A stretch of DNA of 62,890 nucleotides, filler included, from Lenisia limosa (lineage: Eukaryota > Protista > Breviatea): NCBI GenBank assembly GCA_001655205.1. It is 11 parts of 11 records of this genome, joined end to end, with 100 filler letters (N's around TTAATTAATTAA, not from the genome) between each part and the next. Parts side by side here need not be neighbours in the genome. Positions count along the whole stretch, not along the records: positions 52,416 to 62,890 come from LPNZ01006216.1; 10 more parts are not named here. One strand, given 5' to 3'. Each line of letters begins with the position of its first letter. Within the stretch, counting starts at the first letter, position 1. The position numbers and the translations under genes are program-made. Below are positions 60,257 to 62,890 of this stretch, in pieces. Under the pieces are notes generated by a model. It saw only the letters and a program-made list of their open reading frames with translations. It was not told where the DNA came from and ran no database searches.

Positions 60257-61181
60257 TCACTTGACGTAATCAAAAGTAAAAAAGCTGAGTACGAGACAAA
60301 TATTATCATTACTCGAAAATAGCTCAACTAAACCAGTTAATATTATCAAAAAGAGAGACAAACAAAGTGATCGTTGAAAAAGAGACGTAAAGCTCAACAA
60401 CACAAAACAAAAGGAAGCAAATCCCCCATAAGACTTGTTTCCAATTGAATATAGATGAAAACCTGAGCCAAAAACTGCAGAAACAGAATCTCCTATTCCA
60501 ACAGAGATTTTAGTGGGAAAAGATCCAAACAAAACTGATACAAGCAAAAATAAAGGAGTTAATGGAAAAAGACTGAAATCTCTCTGGTCAATACATTGAT
60601 ATTTTATCAGGGATAACTGCCTTGAAATAAAAAATAAAGGATTGAAAGCAAAAAAGTAAGACCAAACAGAGAGAAATCCTATTGCACCTAAATTGTTGAA
60701 AGGCGAAAACAGCAAAAAGCAAACTAAATGGAAAGCCTTTCTCTTCAATTGAAAATTTATTTCCGTAAATAAAAGAGGAAGCCATACACAAGAAAACCAA
60801 CAACAAATCCATCCAGTACACACTATCAACCATCCTATCACAAAAACTGAAATGGAGAAAAAACAATTTAAGAGCACATAGAGACAAATACAGATTAAAA
60901 GAAAACAAAAAAAAATTGAAAGGCAATGAAAATTGTTTATCTTTGTAAGAACAGAACTCTGTAGAAAACACAGAAACAGTACACTTCTATTTGAGAACAT
61001 GGATATTACAATCCAGAAAAAGAGAGTTTGAAACCTGTCAGCTTGAGAGATCAATGAAACAGGTCTATCAGAAATAAACCACGCCAAACCAAAACATAAA
61101 TAGCAATCTCAATAAAAAAAGTCGAACACTACCACTCTGCGTAAGTAGTCCGCAAAAAAGAAGAAATATATCTAAAGACAT
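60257..61181 (-). CDS. Dolichol kinase / phytol kinase-like polytopic membrane protein (CTP-dependent family)
   Basis: Hydrophobic ORF with LKRKAFHL, VGIGDSVSAVFGSG...GNKSYGG and terminal NDN motifs (RKxFH, GxGDxxAxxxG, KSxEG, DN of this family). The ORF starts at TTG; the ATG at 61181 needs a 25-nt intron. Confidence 0.7.
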
Positions 61182-62624
61182 GTACATTGTTCATTTTATC
61201 GTTTGTTGTTGACTTGTCCACTGCTGTTTTTTAAAAAACGGCAAAACAGTAGCAACAGCAACCAGGGGGGGTGACCCCCCCCCCCCNNNNNNNNNNNNNN
61301 NNNNNNNNNNNNNNNNNNNNNNNNNNNNNNNNNNNNNNNNTTTAGATTTAATATTTAGATATTTAAGATAACTCTGTCACTCTGGCCGTTAACGAAGTAC
61401 CCAGTACAATTTTAATTTGTGAGTAGTAGGTGTATCTATTCTTCTTTTTTCACCATTTACCTTCATTTAAACTTTTTTCCCTGTAAATCGTTTTTTATAG
61501 TTGTCCGAATTGCGGAAAAAATGCGCAAGGACATCAACCAGAGATAGTGAGGGGGGGTTTTGGCATTTGGTCTTGCTGCTGTGGGGTGAGAGATATTCAG
61601 ATAGGAGAACTATAAAATGGGGATTTCAATCACACCCAGACTTATGTATTAAAGCCGTAAAAAGTAAATTAATCAATTTTACCAGCTTACAGGAAATGAG
61701 CGAACATATATGAACAGCTACTTCCAAAAAAGTGCCACTAGAGAAATTCTCAGAAAATGGTTCATCATATTCATCATCTACAATGTAAGGTAAGTGTAAT
61801 CGAAAGGTAGATGCTCCAAAAGGGGTCTTATTAATTTTGTTAGGAATGGACCTTGTGTTATTTGCGATAGGGGCTGATGCATCTAATGGTCGGAGGCTTC
61901 ACAATAACCCATGAAATCATTTTCAAGTTCCTGATGACTGGTTGTTATCTTTGTAATAATTGCAAGCGCGACACTTTTCGCAAATGCGAAGGTTTGTCTT
62001 GACATTCCAATAGAGCGACTAATCTTTTCTATAGCTTTTCCTTCAGTCAAAGACTTGGGCGGAGATATGGCCGCAATTTCCAGGGCTGTCAAAAAGCAAT
62101 CAAGTGTGCCTCAGAATCTAGAACATTTTGGTAGGTGGGGTATTTCAAATCAAATGCTCATGTGTTTTTTTCACTAATTCTGGTTTTTTCTCTTTTATGT
62201 TTTGAATTAGAGTATGTTTTGTTATTATTATCAATGTACTAAGAATCCCTATTGATCAACAAATAGGCTTCAAAAGGGATTCAAAGTTTGAAATTTGGGC
62301 TTATTATTTAGAGCTCTATGTATCTTGACTAGAATTTAAAACTGACTTTTGAAATGAAGAAGAACAAATCACCCCAAAAATGAAGGGCAATCAAAGTCCA
62401 GATCATTTTACTATATATATATACAATATATATCACACACCTATTTTAGTCTTGTTTTTCTCGAATATCATAAAAAAAGAGAGATAATAAAGCAGATTTT
62501 CTTGAGAAAACCAAAAATTAGCNNNNNNNNNNNNNNNNNNNNNNNNNNNNNNNNNNNNNNNNNNNNNNNNNNNNNNNNNNNNNNNAGACTTATCCTGTTT
62601 ACTGTTTATTATTTATTATTATGC

Positions 62625-62890
62625 CATGTTTACAATATTTAATTCTACAGCCTTTCTTCATTTGCCATCTAGCGTACTTGGCTGTGTCTGTGAGGCAGCC
62701 CCGAGCGTTGGCATCACCCGCAGCTTGAATGTTGCCACCTACACTGAGACAACTTGTGAGCCTAATAGTGCGCTTGGACTCAGCCCCTTTCCTCTCTCAG
62801 ATGGAAAACTTGTGGCACCATGCATGGGTCTATGCCAGTCCAATGAAATGGTCCTCCTTCAGGGAGGCCTTCCATATAGTCCATTGGCGG
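62625..62890 (+). CDS. Possible exon of a Cys-containing protein, open to the window end
   Basis: Open frame ...SVLGCVCEAAPSVGITRSLNVATYTETTCEPNSALG...; GC-richer than its flank. Confidence 0.25.

Overview
This is not one contiguous locus. It is a concatenation of 11 short scaffolds (1-2466, 2567-4092, 4193-9278, 9379-13392, 13493-22809, 22910-29868, 29969-31778, 31879-44831, 44932-48168, 48269-52315, 52416-62890), joined by an artificial 44N-TTAATTAATTAA-44N linker and carrying many internal gaps. The DNA is from an intron-rich, gene-dense eukaryotic microbe; the protein content suggests an amoebozoan-like protist (inference). Because most genes are split into small exons, the ORF track is largely misleading and gene models were spliced by eye. 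Recognisable genes: RimJ/RimL-type GNAT acetyltransferase, paladin-like PTP, FG-repeat nucleoporin, ankyrin-repeat protein, ERICH3-like Glu/Lys-rich protein with IQ-like repeats, a TTLL1-like fragment with an in-frame TGA, STE20 kinase, methionine gamma-lyase-like enzyme, MFSD12-like transporter, WASP, Gal4-type Zn2Cys6 factor, HERP-like membrane protein and a dolichol-kinase-like protein. Mobile DNA: a decayed DIRS-type retroelement, a DDE transposase remnant and several MITE families. The most interesting signal is repeat families that coincide with splice sites of unrelated genes (introner-like behaviour), plus G-run/C-run intron ends. No rRNA, tRNA or CRISPR array was found.
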